Assembly (NCBI GenBank): GCA_036172245.1
Contig: JAYWIR010000007.1
Location: 620,001 to 684,000, forward strand
Origin: Raillietiella orientalis
Lineage: Eukaryota
DNA length: 64,000 nucleotides
Reading direction: 5' to 3'
Shown: positions 38,991-51,354 of the stretch, one piece after another
Layout of the letters: every line of letters begins with the position of its first letter
Numbering within the stretch: position 1 is the stretch's first letter
Translations under genes and position numbers: made by a program
The notes under the pieces: generated by a model
The model's database searches: none
What the model saw: the letters and a program-made list of their open reading frames with translations, nothing else
Told to the model about the DNA's origin: nothing

Positions 38991-40216
38991 TTCCAGTATG
39001 GCGGAAGCGAGTTTTGCAGATTATGAAGTTGACATGCAGTAATTCAGAATCTCAAATAAACGATGTCATCCATTTATCATGGAAGTTTTTTGGAATTTTT
39101 ATTGTAACCATGACAAAATAAAAAAAATAATTTTTTTTATTTTGCATATGCAAAATAAAAAAATTCTTTTGGTTTCGTCAGCAAGGATGTGAATTGTTTC
39201 TGATGGGAATCTTAGTGTTTTCATTTTCTGAAAAATCGAATATGTCTCCGCGTGCAGTGGTTGTTTTCCTTTCATCTGTACGTGATATTACAAGAAAGTT
39301 ATCACTGATGCTTTTGCAGCTTCATAGGGGAAAGAAGAAAAAAAAAAACGGAGCGACTGATTTGTGGAAAAGTTCATGTAGTTTTGCTTTTTTTTTTTGC
39401 ATCCATGAAATCATAGGAAGGTTTTTTACATCTGAGAGAGCTGTTTCTTCCGATGGATATATCATTTCCAGACTGGAAAGCACAGATTGACATTATTAGC
39501 AGCAGCACGGAAAGGTTTTCTCAGTGTTTCACATGGAAAGGTTTCGTGCTTTCCCTTATTGTACACTCTGTCATTTGAGGTCTTTGCACATTGAGAGAAA
39601 TTCGTGAAAATGGCTTGCTTGACGTTTTGTCAAACGTGTGTCACATTATCGAAAGTTGCGTGCAGTCTTGATCCTTATGAGCTTTTTCTGCCGATGACTT
39701 CTGATGTTTTCACCTGACCACGAAATTATGGCCTCCATCCGGATTCCGTGAAATGGTCCATGGAGATCCCTGATGAGAAACAGCCTCTTTACTGCAACAG
39801 CTTGCTTGATACGAGCTCGCTTTTTCCCGAGTGACATAATTTGAGGATCCTAAAGACGGACCGAGATGTGAGTGCAGCTCTCATGATATGGCTAAATTGG
39901 ACGAGGAAAGCCTTCTAGGAAATGACTGCCCCAAGCATCACCGGTCTTAGCATAGCTGCCGTAAGGATGGCCCGTTTTCAGAATACTCAAATGGTGTCAC
40001 TCCTTTGGAGTCCCACTTTCTTGTTAATTTAGCCTTACTTCCTGGTGATGGAATGTGACATTCTTTAGGGCACCCATTTGGCTTCTGTGGAGCAAAACTC
40101 TCACTAAATTTCATATTGGTTTATTGCATTGAATCTGTTTTTTCCATGCATTCATTATTATGTTGAAAAAATTGTTGATTGCATTTATGAAGAAATTAAG
40201 CGATCTTGTGTTTCAG

Positions 40217-42161
40217 ACAATGGATGATCTTCCCGAAAAAAATTTGCAGCATATCTTTTCCCATCTCCCACACCGTGAAATATGCAAGTTAGCACGGGCT
40301 TGCCTCAAGTAGCGTACTGTAGCTTACGATCCTCACTTATGGAAAGTTGTACGCTCGAGGCCAGGTCACTCTGGACTGCATGTATCGTCCACAGAATGCC
40401 TCTCCAGCATCCTTGGGTAAGAAAGATGCCTGATAATTTTTGCTCATTTGTGTGTAAGTTGAACGCACATAGAATCCTGTTGATTCCTATGTGTGCTGGA
40501 TTTGGTTTGGCTGTGAAAGATGACACAGTTTTATATCTAGCACCGTTTCATGATGCTAACGACCTCGTGTGTTTTCTTCCTGATGATGAAACGTAAATCT
40601 TCGGTTCCGTGGGGAGCGAAGCCTGGACATGTGCAAATAGCACAGAATGAACTAAAATGCTTTTTCTCACTCATAATGTAGATGTATAAATGTCATTCTT
40701 ACTGCTTGTATAAGGTTCTTTCGAATTCTGTATGCTTTGCACATCTATCCTCGTCGATATGAAACGCAAAAATCACATGTGGTTCCATGAATGTGTTTCA
40801 GCATCCGATTTGGTTCATGCTTACACCGTATTGAACTACCAACTGACCTGACTGCTCACACAGTGCTGCATGAGTTAGCCACCAAGTGACGATAGTAATC
40901 CTTGGGTTCTTCTTTTTCTTCTGTCTTCGCTGTTTTCCTTCCAGCTTTTTTTTTTTTGAGAGTTTTTTTTTTTTTTTTTGGTTCGCTAAGTACCTCAGAG
41001 CCGGTCGCGTGCCTCGCGGGGCGCGTGGCTCTTTTTAAACATTAACACACTGTTTTGTGTCCACGCCTGTCCGCGGCAACCCGCAGGGGGGGGCGTGTAA
41101 TTCTTCAGTGTAATATTCTTCAGGATAGGGGGCACCTCGGGATGGGGTCCGCCCTATTGAATCCAGGAAGGACTCGGAGTCCGTTCCTCTCACGCGAGGG
41201 ATCCCCCCCGCACGGGGGGGAGCGCACCTCCCACCCTGGTTGTCTCCGAAGGAGAACCCCGAAGGGAATCTCTCCTTCCTCATTCTCTCCGGAGGGACAC
41301 CCCCCGCAATGGGGGGTGGTCCTCTCCATTTCAACTTCTCCGAAGGGAACCCGGAAAGGATCCGCTTGTAGGAATTTCTTCTCCGGAGGGAACTCGCAAG
41401 GGAACCGCTCCTTTATTCACTCCTCTGAAGACAACCCCCACAGGGGTGCTTCCGAAACTCAGAAGGGGCGCTGCAGCTTCCCTCAGGGAATCGCTCTCGC
41501 TTGCTTCTTTCCTTTGTACACACTCTGTGAAGAGGCGACGACTCGGAGGGACCCCCCGCAACGGGGAGGGTCCGCTCCTTTGAACAACTAGAGAGGTGCC
41601 CGTGAGGGCTCCTGCTCCATCTTGAAACCGGAGGCGTCCCCCGATGACGGGGGTCCACTCTCCTTTGCACACAGGAGGGGGAACTCCCCACTCCTTTTAT
41701 TCCTGGGAGGACCCGAAGGTCGACTCCCATTATTCCGGCCTTCATCGGGAGGCCGCCGGCTTTATCCACCGCCGGGGCCACGCCCGAATGACTCGGCCAA
41801 CCAGCGCCGTTGCAGGAGAAACTCGGAACCCAAACGACGCAATGGCGTCAAGTTATCTGCCGAAGTATTCGGATCCGCGACGCATGGTACCACACGTGGA
41901 AGCCTTAACCACAAAGCCTCCGATGCGGGATCCGAGTGATCTGTTACTCGATTTTTCCAATGCTATGCAGTTGCATGACTTCGATGAATTCCAGGTAGTC
42001 AGTGATGCACTGCAATGCAAATGCTGTGTGTGTTGTAATTCAGGCATTCTCTACAAAACTACATGCGCTGTGTATTTGTCTTCCCGGAGTTCTTTTCGTG
42101 GAAGGTTTCATGGGGAAAATTTACAATTCTCTCCGTGGACTAGAAGTCCTTCACTTGATTG
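40217..42161 (+). pseudogene. F-box/LRR-repeat protein pseudogene fragment (exons 40217-40416, 40802-40888 / 41930-41994 split by a SINE, 42044-42161)
   Basis: F-box MDDLPEKNLQHIFSHLPHREICKLARACLK*RTVAYDPHLWK has TAG at 40310 in place of the conserved Trp. It continues IRFGSCLHRIELPTDLTAHTVLHELATK // SDLLLDFSNAMQLHDFDEFQ|AFSTKLHALCICLPGVLFVEGFMGKIYNSLRGLEVLHLI. This matches my recollection of an invertebrate FBXL family (Drosophila CG32085-like), which needs BLAST confirmation. Confidence 0.85.
40946..41929 (-). mobile_element. tRNA-headed SINE-like element, subfamily A (copy 2)
   Basis: Colinear with 31535-32508 (offset ~9422 bp) and has an A-rich tail. Its B-box is altered to GGATCCGAATAC, and no U6 is attached. 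Confidence 0.9.
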
Positions 42162-43220
42162 GTAGGAAAATTAGTTGGAAATAGCTTTTTCTATTGTTCT
42201 CGTGTCATTTTTGTTACAGTTGATTCAGCTGAGCATGCATGAGAGGTCACGTATCTCTCCCGGATGCTGAGACGGTGGAGTCCGGAAGTGAAGACACGGA
42301 AAGCTTTCTCAAAGGGTAGGGGTGTGGTCCCAATTGTCCAGATGTCGCACATCTCCTTCCCCCCCGCCCAAATAACGAAAGGCGCTCTGACGGCTAACGT
42401 AAGCAGAGCACGCGAAAGGTCTCGTGGTCGTCTGGAGGGGCTGTTGGTGGAAAGGTCGAGAAAGGGAAAAGGAAGGGGAAAGGGAAGAGAAGATGGGAAG
42501 CCTTCGGACCGCGAACCGGCTGGAAGCAACTGCACTCTGGACGCCGTGGTGCAGGGGATCACCGAGTGAAGACAAAGTGGCCGCGGCCAGCCGAGCTCCA
42601 CTTCGAGGGAGGAGGGAACGCAGGAAAACGCTGCTCGCTCCTGAGGCGACACTGAAGTAAGGGAGACGACCAACTGCGCGCTGCTGGCTGGCAGAAATCC
42701 GAGCTGCGCTTCTGAGTTCTTTTCGAAAGGTTTCTTGCAGCGAAGATGCAAAAGTGAACAGGTGCTTCCGCGTGGCAACGGGTTTGCTGCTGCTAGAGCC
42801 AGCACGGTTGTTTCCTCGAACTGACGAGCGGTCTTAGATGCACCTTCAGCAGCGGACACCGTCCTCATCTTCCGGGCAGCTGCGCAGGCGACGGCCTTCC
42901 GGAGGCGAGGGCCATGTGTCCGCTCTCGAGCTTCTTCGGTGGTTCTCGCCGCTCCCACGCCTGCTTGTGTTGCAGCGAGCGGAGTGCCCGGGGGGCAAGT
43001 TTACCCGAGGTACGGGCGCGGTTGCGCACCTTCCGCCGTTTTAGGGGCCGCTCAATCGAAAGTAGAAGTAGAAGAACGGGGAGTCTGAAGGCATGCAGAA
43101 GTCGGTAAGCCCGTAGCCAAGGAAATGGAGCCGACAATCGTTCCAAGCAATACATCCCGGAAGCTCAGCACACAGACAGTTGCGAACTATTCCTTGTGTG
43201 GTATGATGTATTTCTTGTGC

Positions 43221-44045
43221 GGCCCCCGCATCGGAGGTCGTGTGGTTACGGTGGTCTCCGCGCGTGGCACCATGCGTCGTGGGTTCGAATACTCCGAAGG
43301 AATCGGCACAGTGCGTCGTGGGTTCGAATACTCCGAAGGAATCGGCACAGTGCGTCGTGGGTTCCGAGTTCACCCCACAAGATGACGCTGAATCCGGGTG
43401 CGGCACTGGTAGCGGTTGAAACCGGCTGCCCCCGATGAGGGCCGGGACAAATGGGAATCGACCTCCGGGTCCTTCCAGGAGTTACGGAGTGGGAGCTCCC
43501 TTTCGGTTGTGAACGAGCGGACCCCTCATTAGGAGAGGAACCCCTCCGCGTCGTACTGATGGAGAAGGTGTGTCGCCACTACCTCTCCAGAGAGCCGATC
43601 CCTTCGGGGAAACTGCGCCCTTCTGAATTTCGGAAGCGTTTCTTCTGGGTTCTCTTCAGAGGAGTAAATACAGGAGGGGATCCCTTGCGGGGGATCCCTC
43701 CGGAGAAGAAATTCCAGGATCCAATCCTTTCCGGGTTCTCTTCAGAGATGAAGGAATGGAGCGGACCCCCCGAGGGGTCCTCCAGAGAGAATAAGGAAGG
43801 AGGATTCCCTTCTGGATTCCCCTTCGGAGACAACCAAGGTGGAGGTGATCTCCATTTCCGGGAATCCCGCCCCAGGCATGAGAGGAACGGACTCCGAGTC
43901 CTTCCTGGATTTACAGGGAGGACCCCTCCCGAGGTACCTACCCCCTATCTTGGAGAATGAGACGCAGCCTCGAGTTGCGTGGAACCGTGTCGAAGAACTG
44001 GTAAGAAGCATGATCTTGTGTGAAGGAAATATTTGAATACATACA
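43221..44045 (+). mobile_element. tRNA-headed SINE-like element, subfamily B (shared head and hairpin body, different 3' tail)
   Basis: GGCCCCCGCATCGGAGG...GTGGTTACGG...GGGTTCGAATACTCCG. The body is colinear with subfamily A to ~43948, including the identical block GAGAGGAACGGACTCCGAGTCCTTCCTGGATT. No TTTT occurs until ~44132. The 3' boundary is approximate. Confidence 0.82.
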
Positions 44046-44599
44046 TTGAGATGCTTATTGTTCGAGACTGTTCTAAGGCTGATCTGAAATTGGTCCCATC
44101 GGTAAATAACATGATAAAATAAGCATGGAACTTTTGCACTCTTGAACTCTTGCATTTCGTAAATCAACCTTTTTTTTGATAGTGTATGACAAAACATTAT
44201 GTATCTCGCAAGCAATTAAATGGAGTTGTCTGTTGATAAACGCAAAACAAAGGTAGCAGACATAATTTCGTACAGTGAAGAGATGCCTGAATATACAAAT
44301 CTTCTGTAGAACAGAAGAATCAATTTGAATGATCAAGCAAGTTATGTACAATATAAAGTGCTTGATCATTCAAATACGTAAGGATCTGAAATCGCATTTG
44401 ATTTTATTGAAATGCAGCTTTAGCTTTTCAAAAGTGAGAGTACAAAGTAGTAGTTATGCATTTTGCGACATTGCTTCCTGCATAAACACATCTAAAGTTA
44501 CTGGAAGAGTTCTCGAAGCTATTGCTCTCATGTCGCAGAAATGGAAGTCCGGAATATTTCCCTCAAGGTTCAAGAAATTTACATATTTGTTCGAATCAC

Positions 44600-47400
44600 G
44601 GCATCTCTTAATTCTGCCTAAGGATGTGGATGAGGAACAGGTTGGGTGGGTCTTTGGATCCTATAAAGCATACTGTTTTTTTTCGTCTTTTCTTTCTTCA
44701 GAATTTCCCTATAGGTCCCGAGGGAAAAATTCTCAAAGTCCTTGTCGCTTTTGGACGTCTTCAAGTGCACAGATTTTTTTGAATGATAAATGTCATCTTG
44801 CTTTCCAAACAAACAAGTATTTCACATCGTCTCTGACCTTGGAACAGCAACGTCAGGAAAATCAGTCTTCTAGTTATCTGACACCGCTCAAAGAGAGGAA
44901 TGAGGGAAGTAAATTTGTCTCAACTTCCGGAGGGAACATCCGTGCTCCGTGATCGTAAGGGTCTTCGTTCGCCACTCGAAGCGCTGAGGATCCAGAGAGC
45001 ACGCGGGCTCGACTTGCAGTGAGCACACAGAAGTTGAAGGCAGAGCTTGAATGAAAGGGAATAACTGAGAAAGAGAAGACCCCTATGATTGTGAAGCGAT
45101 CCTCTCAGGGTATTTGAGAATCATACTCCTGCTGAGGAGGCTGAGTGTGATTTTTTGAGTTCCGCGATTACACAGCACTTTTTGTGTAAGAAGCTCCACT
45201 GCCACATGGAATACCAACTTCCTGAAGTTCCCAAAATGCTATCATCAGGAAAATTCCTAAGGAAGTCACGGCAAAGAGGAGAGACTGTGGAGTTGCTGCC
45301 ACGACAGCAATCGAGTCAAAATGCTTTGAAGTTAGCTTAGTGCAAGCTCTGATAGATCTGGAAGGGCGACCACTACCGCTCCCCCCGACATCCGACTGGG
45401 GCGCAGTACATAGAGAGCGCACCACATAAGAATTCCGTTCGTTTCCACATAAGAATTCTTTCCATCTTATTACGTTTAGAGCCGTATCTGAGCTTCAAAA
45501 CGAAGAGGCGATGTTCTGATTCACTGGGAGACAAAGTGTTACAGATTGTTTCGAGTGCATTTTCTGGGCAGTGTGAAGGTTCAAGAGGAGATTATTGACT
45601 GAATCTCCGGAATTTATAAGAGCCTAATGTGAAACAGTTTACAGTAATCTGATAGAGAAAGTTGTGGGAAGGTGAGCTTTCCTTCTCTTCTGCAGCTCCT
45701 TGGCAGAAAAACAAAGAAAATCCTTACAGGATCTGCCTGGAAACGTACGAGTTTATGCTATCTGAAAATTATGAATGTACGAAACTAGGATGTCAGAGAG
45801 AGGATGTTGGACCTAAGTATCCAGATATTTAAAGCAGTAGCTGTAAGAATGGTTCCTGCTAAAGAGCAACTCATAGCTTCTCAAGTGAACATCAGTAGAT
45901 CAAAGGAAAGTCATATAAGAGAAGCTCAGCACCTGACTTCATGCGAAAGCCATTGGTGAAAAGTCTTCTAAAGAGAACCTCATAGAACTGACTCTATGGG
46001 CTACTGTACTCTTAGTTCTGGAACTTGGTGTGATGTGTGCTGCAATATCTTCTAGAGTTCTTTCAGTGAGATCTTCTAAAGGGGCCGACTTTCACCAAAG
46101 TCCAATCCAAAGTCATCACTTGTCCAAATGCTATCAGTAAGTGGCGACACTGGTTGTAGCCGAGAGGTTAGATCCGTTTATCGCAGCTATCAATGCTCTT
46201 TGCATCCAAAAAACTCTCCTCGTTGGAAAGGAGGTTCTGAAACAGCACTAAACTCCAGAAGCATCCTGGGACAGCAGCTCATGTATCCAAGAACACAAAT
46301 TTCCTTTTTTTTCCAACGCAAGCTGGTTTCGCAAAAGCGTAGGAATCATAACTCCATCAAGTGAGCTGCCCGCTTGCCACACCCTGTGGCAAGCGGTTGG
46401 TTGCGAGGGACTAGCGTCCTTGCTTCCTCGCAACCGCAAATGAGTGAAGTTCATGGGTTTCCCCTCAAGCAGCTAGCTTCCCTGCAGGAGACTGCCGAGT
46501 GGATCGCCTGTTGTCCTTTGAACTTTCATTCTTGGCGGCAGGCATCCATGGATACCTGAGCGCGGTTGAGCAGCACCAGTCCGGAAGATCTCGTGTCGTC
46601 TGCTTGCGGAAGGATGTCCCTACAAAGAATCGTCGAGGAACCGATCAATTGGATTCGCACATATGCCACACTTTTGCCTTCAGCATTGTATTCCCTATGG
46701 GAAAGCAACGGCAGTTGGCCTACCTGCGAGTTCTGCATGATCAGAGGGGTGGAGAAACACCTAAACGGATGAATCATGGAAGTGGTGACCGACACGGCGG
46801 CGCCCTGCTTCCAAGGGAAGAGACTCCGCCAGTGGGCTGAAACTTCGAGTGTGCCCCCGAAAGAATTCCCCGTCACTTCGTTGTGTCTGGATGGTTCCAT
46901 TCTTCCCTTCAGGTTGCAAAACGACGCGCTGTTCCTCCCGCACTGGGGGTCGTCCTTGCAAGGAGCACACGCATCATGTGATGAGGAAGAGCATCTCTAT
47001 CGAGTACATCAGGGATGAACTGCAGCATCCATCATTGGGGTGTGGAAGCGCCTGGCCTCAACTCTCCTGCATCCGGAGGATTCGCCAGCTGAATTGCTGC
47101 GTCGATTCTTCTCGCGAGAGGATCTCTCGCCTGCATCAGTGATTGAGACTTTGTGCTGTATCCGCGACATCATCAAGGTCCGCTACTCGCTCAAGATGCA
47201 GCAACATCAGCGGGAAGTCACCTGCATTTCTGTCTCCTTGAGGGAGAAGGCCTGTGGGTAGCTCCATCTGAAGACAGAAGACAGCAAGGATCTCGTCATT
47301 ATCTTGAAGCAGTTTTGAAAGAGGAGTAGGAATCCCGGTGACCCTACCCACGGCTCCTCCATAATTTATGTATTTGTAAGTCCTCACGTCCCTAGCAATA
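44600..47400 (-). mobile_element. Possible heavily decayed LTR-retrotransposon (Ty3/Gypsy-like) pol relic
   Basis: Only weak remnants: aspartic-protease-like xxGAAVSV...GLVLLNRAQVSMD (46530-46810) and a GPY/F-like LGTYREILKK...YRI (44650-44720). No LTRs or intact catalytic motifs were seen. Confidence 0.25.
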
Positions 47401-49360
47401 GTCGGCACAATTTCCTAAGATGACCTGCGAGTCGGCGAACCCTCTTAACTTTTTTCTTTTTTTGCGTCACAAGAAGCTACGTTCCTTGTTTGATGAAGTT
47501 TTATTTTTTATTAAGATAAATGGCCCGGAGAAACCGGGTGAATAATCAAGTGAGCTTCTGAGATGAAATTCCCTATTTGACTTTGCAGACGGCTTCACTA
47601 ATGTATATCTTCTAGAAACGAGTAAGGACTTACTGCGATCCGAAAGCAGCTAATGGGACCGTCAACTGACGCGGGAGGACATCAAATCATAGCTTCATCT
47701 CTTCGGCTTGTGTCTCATCCCTAATGACATTCATGAGTGTAATGAGTCTGAGCAAGAGAAGCGATATCAAGCCACGCCATTTTCAACGGATGAATTGATG
47801 ACCTTCAGGGTACCCTTCTGACCTATATCAATTATGAACGTGGAAAAACTCGCACACAATCATCAGATGGAGTCGAGTTTTCATTTAAATATGAACATCG
47901 AATTCGAACTTGGAAGAAACCTTGAATATCTTAGAGATCACGAATGTAGGAAACATTATCTTGAACCAATTGTGATTCAGGAAAGAAGAGAAGAGTGTGT
48001 AGTAATAGGAGAATGATCAATTGATCTTCATCATCTCACCCAATCGCAAGGAGCATCGGACAGAAACGTTTTCCTTCTCAGGTGAAGTGATCGATGATGA
48101 AACCGTAGCTGTACCTTATCTTATTTACAAACTCATAAAGAAAGCACAATTTATTGAGGACATTCTCTGATTCGACGAGTTTCCTTGAATTTCTTGAGGA
48201 AAGTTCTCAACAGCTAGATTTGTTGGAGCAATCCTGAAACCTAACCAGTTGCTCTGAGACTAAAGTGCCCCATCTAACAACCTAGTTAAAAAGAGTCGGT
48301 CCTCAGACGTTCTTCTTCAGAGACACCTCTCTAATCTTCTATTAGAAGTTTCTATTCGGACTTTGGTAAGCACTTAAGCCTGATTATGATTCTGAAAGGT
48401 TTGTTACGGAAGCATTAGTACAAACGGAATCGAACGTACCTTCCCTTTTCCCATCGTACTCAATACATTCCATGCTTGAAAATTTCAGAGGACCTAGTGA
48501 TCAAATGTGAGTTGCTTTCAGATAAGGTCCAGTGTGATTGAAACCCATACCAGAGATTATCGGGGTGTGCTACATGGAATTGGCACGGTGGAATCGCCAT
48601 CCTTTTTGTTCGAAACTGCTAGCAGATATCAAAGAAGAATCCTTGACGGCTGGAAATTTGCTCTTGGGCTGATCCTCGGCAACGACGAGGTGTTAATACA
48701 ATGATCCACATCCACAACTTACCACTGCTGAAGTGCAAGTATGGCAGCGAGGGGGAAAGCTGAAGTTTCCCTTCAAATCTGTGTTCGCGTCATGGAGAGG
48801 TTTGTGACCAGTTTTTGACCTGGCTTAGTGAATACTCGAAAAATTAATCAGAACAGAATAGAGAGCTAATGCCATGGGACGGGAACGAACACGCGAAATG
48901 CATTTTCTTGAAAATGAAGATTAATTGGTGGAGCAGGGTTGCACGAATAGTCCTGAAAACCCAAAATGATTCCATCACGAATAACTAATAAAGGAAAATG
49001 TCTGCTGGTGTGCTGTGATTAAGATGGGTTCCTCAAGAATTAAGCACGATATCCGAATTTTCTTCTACAGAACATTTTAACGGCATGAAATTCCATGTTG
49101 TGATATTATCATAAAAGATGAATTCGAAAATCTTTCCAGTAAATGATCCGTACATACCCAGATTATGGCAATGTAACGTATCAGAGAAATGGAAGGAACC
49201 CATTTATCAGTAAAATTAAATTATTTTTCATACATTCTGACTACACTTTCAGTCAGTAAGCTGAGTCCACTGCATTTCGTTGCGCATATGACCTACGGTC
49301 AATGTTGTTTGATCGATGCGTTCGCTCCCCACCAGCTCATTGCTCATCACATAACGCACA

Positions 49361-51354
49361 ATGATTTTCACAAGCGGTGATATGATAGAACGCAAAAAGG
49401 ATTGTGTAGAAAGTGAATCGGAAGAAAGAAACAATATTCACGATCACTGCCTTAACTGCTTCACCGAAAAAACATGTGCTTTAAAGTATGCCTCTGGAAG
49501 CAGCCTTTCCTGTGATTTTGTCTCTTGTATTCTGAAGTGTGGAGCAGTGTATCATAAATGTAAAAACTTAGAGCACAGAAAGCTCTGTCCCAATGAATTA
49601 GTGACATGCATTAACTATAATTATGGTTGTCCTGCCAAAATGCAACGACGAAATCGTGGAATTCACCTTAAATATTGCCCTGCCAGCGTTATTGTTTGTT
49701 ACATGGCATGGAATAGAAAGAAGATGAATGATGAAAAAAATTGGATTATTCTAGAAAGTGGCCAGAAAATAGATTGTGTTTTAGGTTGTGGAATTAGTTT
49801 GAGGGAATTAAATAGCCAAAAATTAATTCAAATCTAAGAAAAACTTTAAATCTTTATGTTTAATGGTACAACATACATATATATTTTTTGTATTTAGATG
49901 TCGCCCTTGCCTTAAGAGATGAAAAGACATTTCTTGAAAAAGAAAGTAGCTGTTACTCTCCCCCAGAATCTGAAGACAATCATGATTGCTGGAATAAAGA
50001 AATTGCACTACAGGACTCTAGTATTAATCCAGCATCAGATGCATTCGGCTTTTCTGAAACGGAACGAAATGCGGCCACAAATACATATGATGGTGAATTC
50101 AGTATTTTGTTAATTATTACAATTAGTATCCAATTCAACATATTCAGCAGAATGAAACACAATGTCAGAATTTTCTTCAAACTTCATTATGAGATTGTGT
50201 TATGCATTGATTATAAGAAAATGTTATTTTGTGTGATTAAAAAAGATTATTCTAAAGAGTTAAAATTAAATATATTTTAACTTTACTTTTTGTTATGTTT
50301 AGGTTCTCAGGAAGATAATCTAAACAAACAGAGAAGGAAATCAAATGATATCCATGATTTAAGTTTTGGAAATGAAAAAATGGGTTCTTTATGGTGTGAT
50401 CAATCTCAGTTTTGCCCAGCTTGCTCAAATCGATCACCAATGAAGTGCTTAAATTCTCTAAATGCAAAATCGTATATGTGCTATCATTTGCAGTACAGTC
50501 TGCAAATGCAGCATCAGAATGCATGTCCATTGCATATGGATACTTTCCACTGTGGAATGAGTATGAAGCGCAGTGAATATTCACATCACTGCAAAAATAT
50601 TCATGCAGAAATTCAAGCTGGCCTGGATGGATGGCTCATAGACAGGTGCCCTTTGGCATGCTATGGCTGCCCATTTTATACAGTTCGATTTTCTTGTGGA
50701 GAGTCTAGTGATGAAGCTGTGTACTTCTGCAAACAGAAAATGTCATTCCAAATAAAATCTAGTTTGAGAGACCCTTTCTTGCATTTTGTTCCTGGAAATA
50801 CAAAGGAGCAGAATCAACCACAATTTACTTTGATTGACTTGCCTGTAGAGTTGCTACAAAAAATATTTCTTTTGCTTGATTCATCAAGGTAATTTGGAGT
50901 AAATTTGGATGTAGGGGAGTCAATTAAGATTCATATTATCACATATAAATTTTAAATAAAAGATGGTGGTAATAAAAAAAATCTCATGATATATGTCAAA
51001 AAGTGATAAATCTTGAAAAGTATAAAACTTAAGCACAAATCTAAAAGAGAATAAGATACTTCAATCAATAGCTATTTTATGTGATTAATCTTCGATGTTT
51101 TGATAGTTCTATTTAGAATGATAGTTTCATATTATTTGGAATTTTCGTCGGAAATGCATTGAAATTTCATCGATACAGTTAGATTGTAATATTCATGTAA
51201 TTTTTTCAGTTTATGGAATGTGTCAGTGACTTCCAAGTTCTTGAGATCCGTTTGCCAAAGTGTTCTGGATAGAAAGGGCATGGTCTTTGTGAGGTGGAAT
51301 CAAGTTCACAAGACTGATTCAGAAATGAGAGTCTCTTGGAGAGATGACAAAAAG
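49361..51354 (+). CDS. F-box only protein 30/40-like (exons 49361-49784, 49898-50092, 50303-50888, 51210-51354; terminal exon not located)
   Basis: TRAF-type zinc finger HDHCLNC...CGAVYHKCKNLEHRKLCPNELVTCINYNYGCP...HLKYCPASVIVCYMAWNR, then LDVALALRD, RSEYSHHCKNIHAEIQAGLDGWLIDRCPLACYGCPF and F-box LIDLPVELLQKIFLLLDSSSLWNVSVTSKFLRSVC...GMV. Splice phases are consistent. Confidence 0.9.

Noticed and set aside
43273..43366. CRISPR-like array (also 9297-9446)
   Set aside because: These are direct tandem duplications without unique spacers, in a eukaryotic context with no cas genes.
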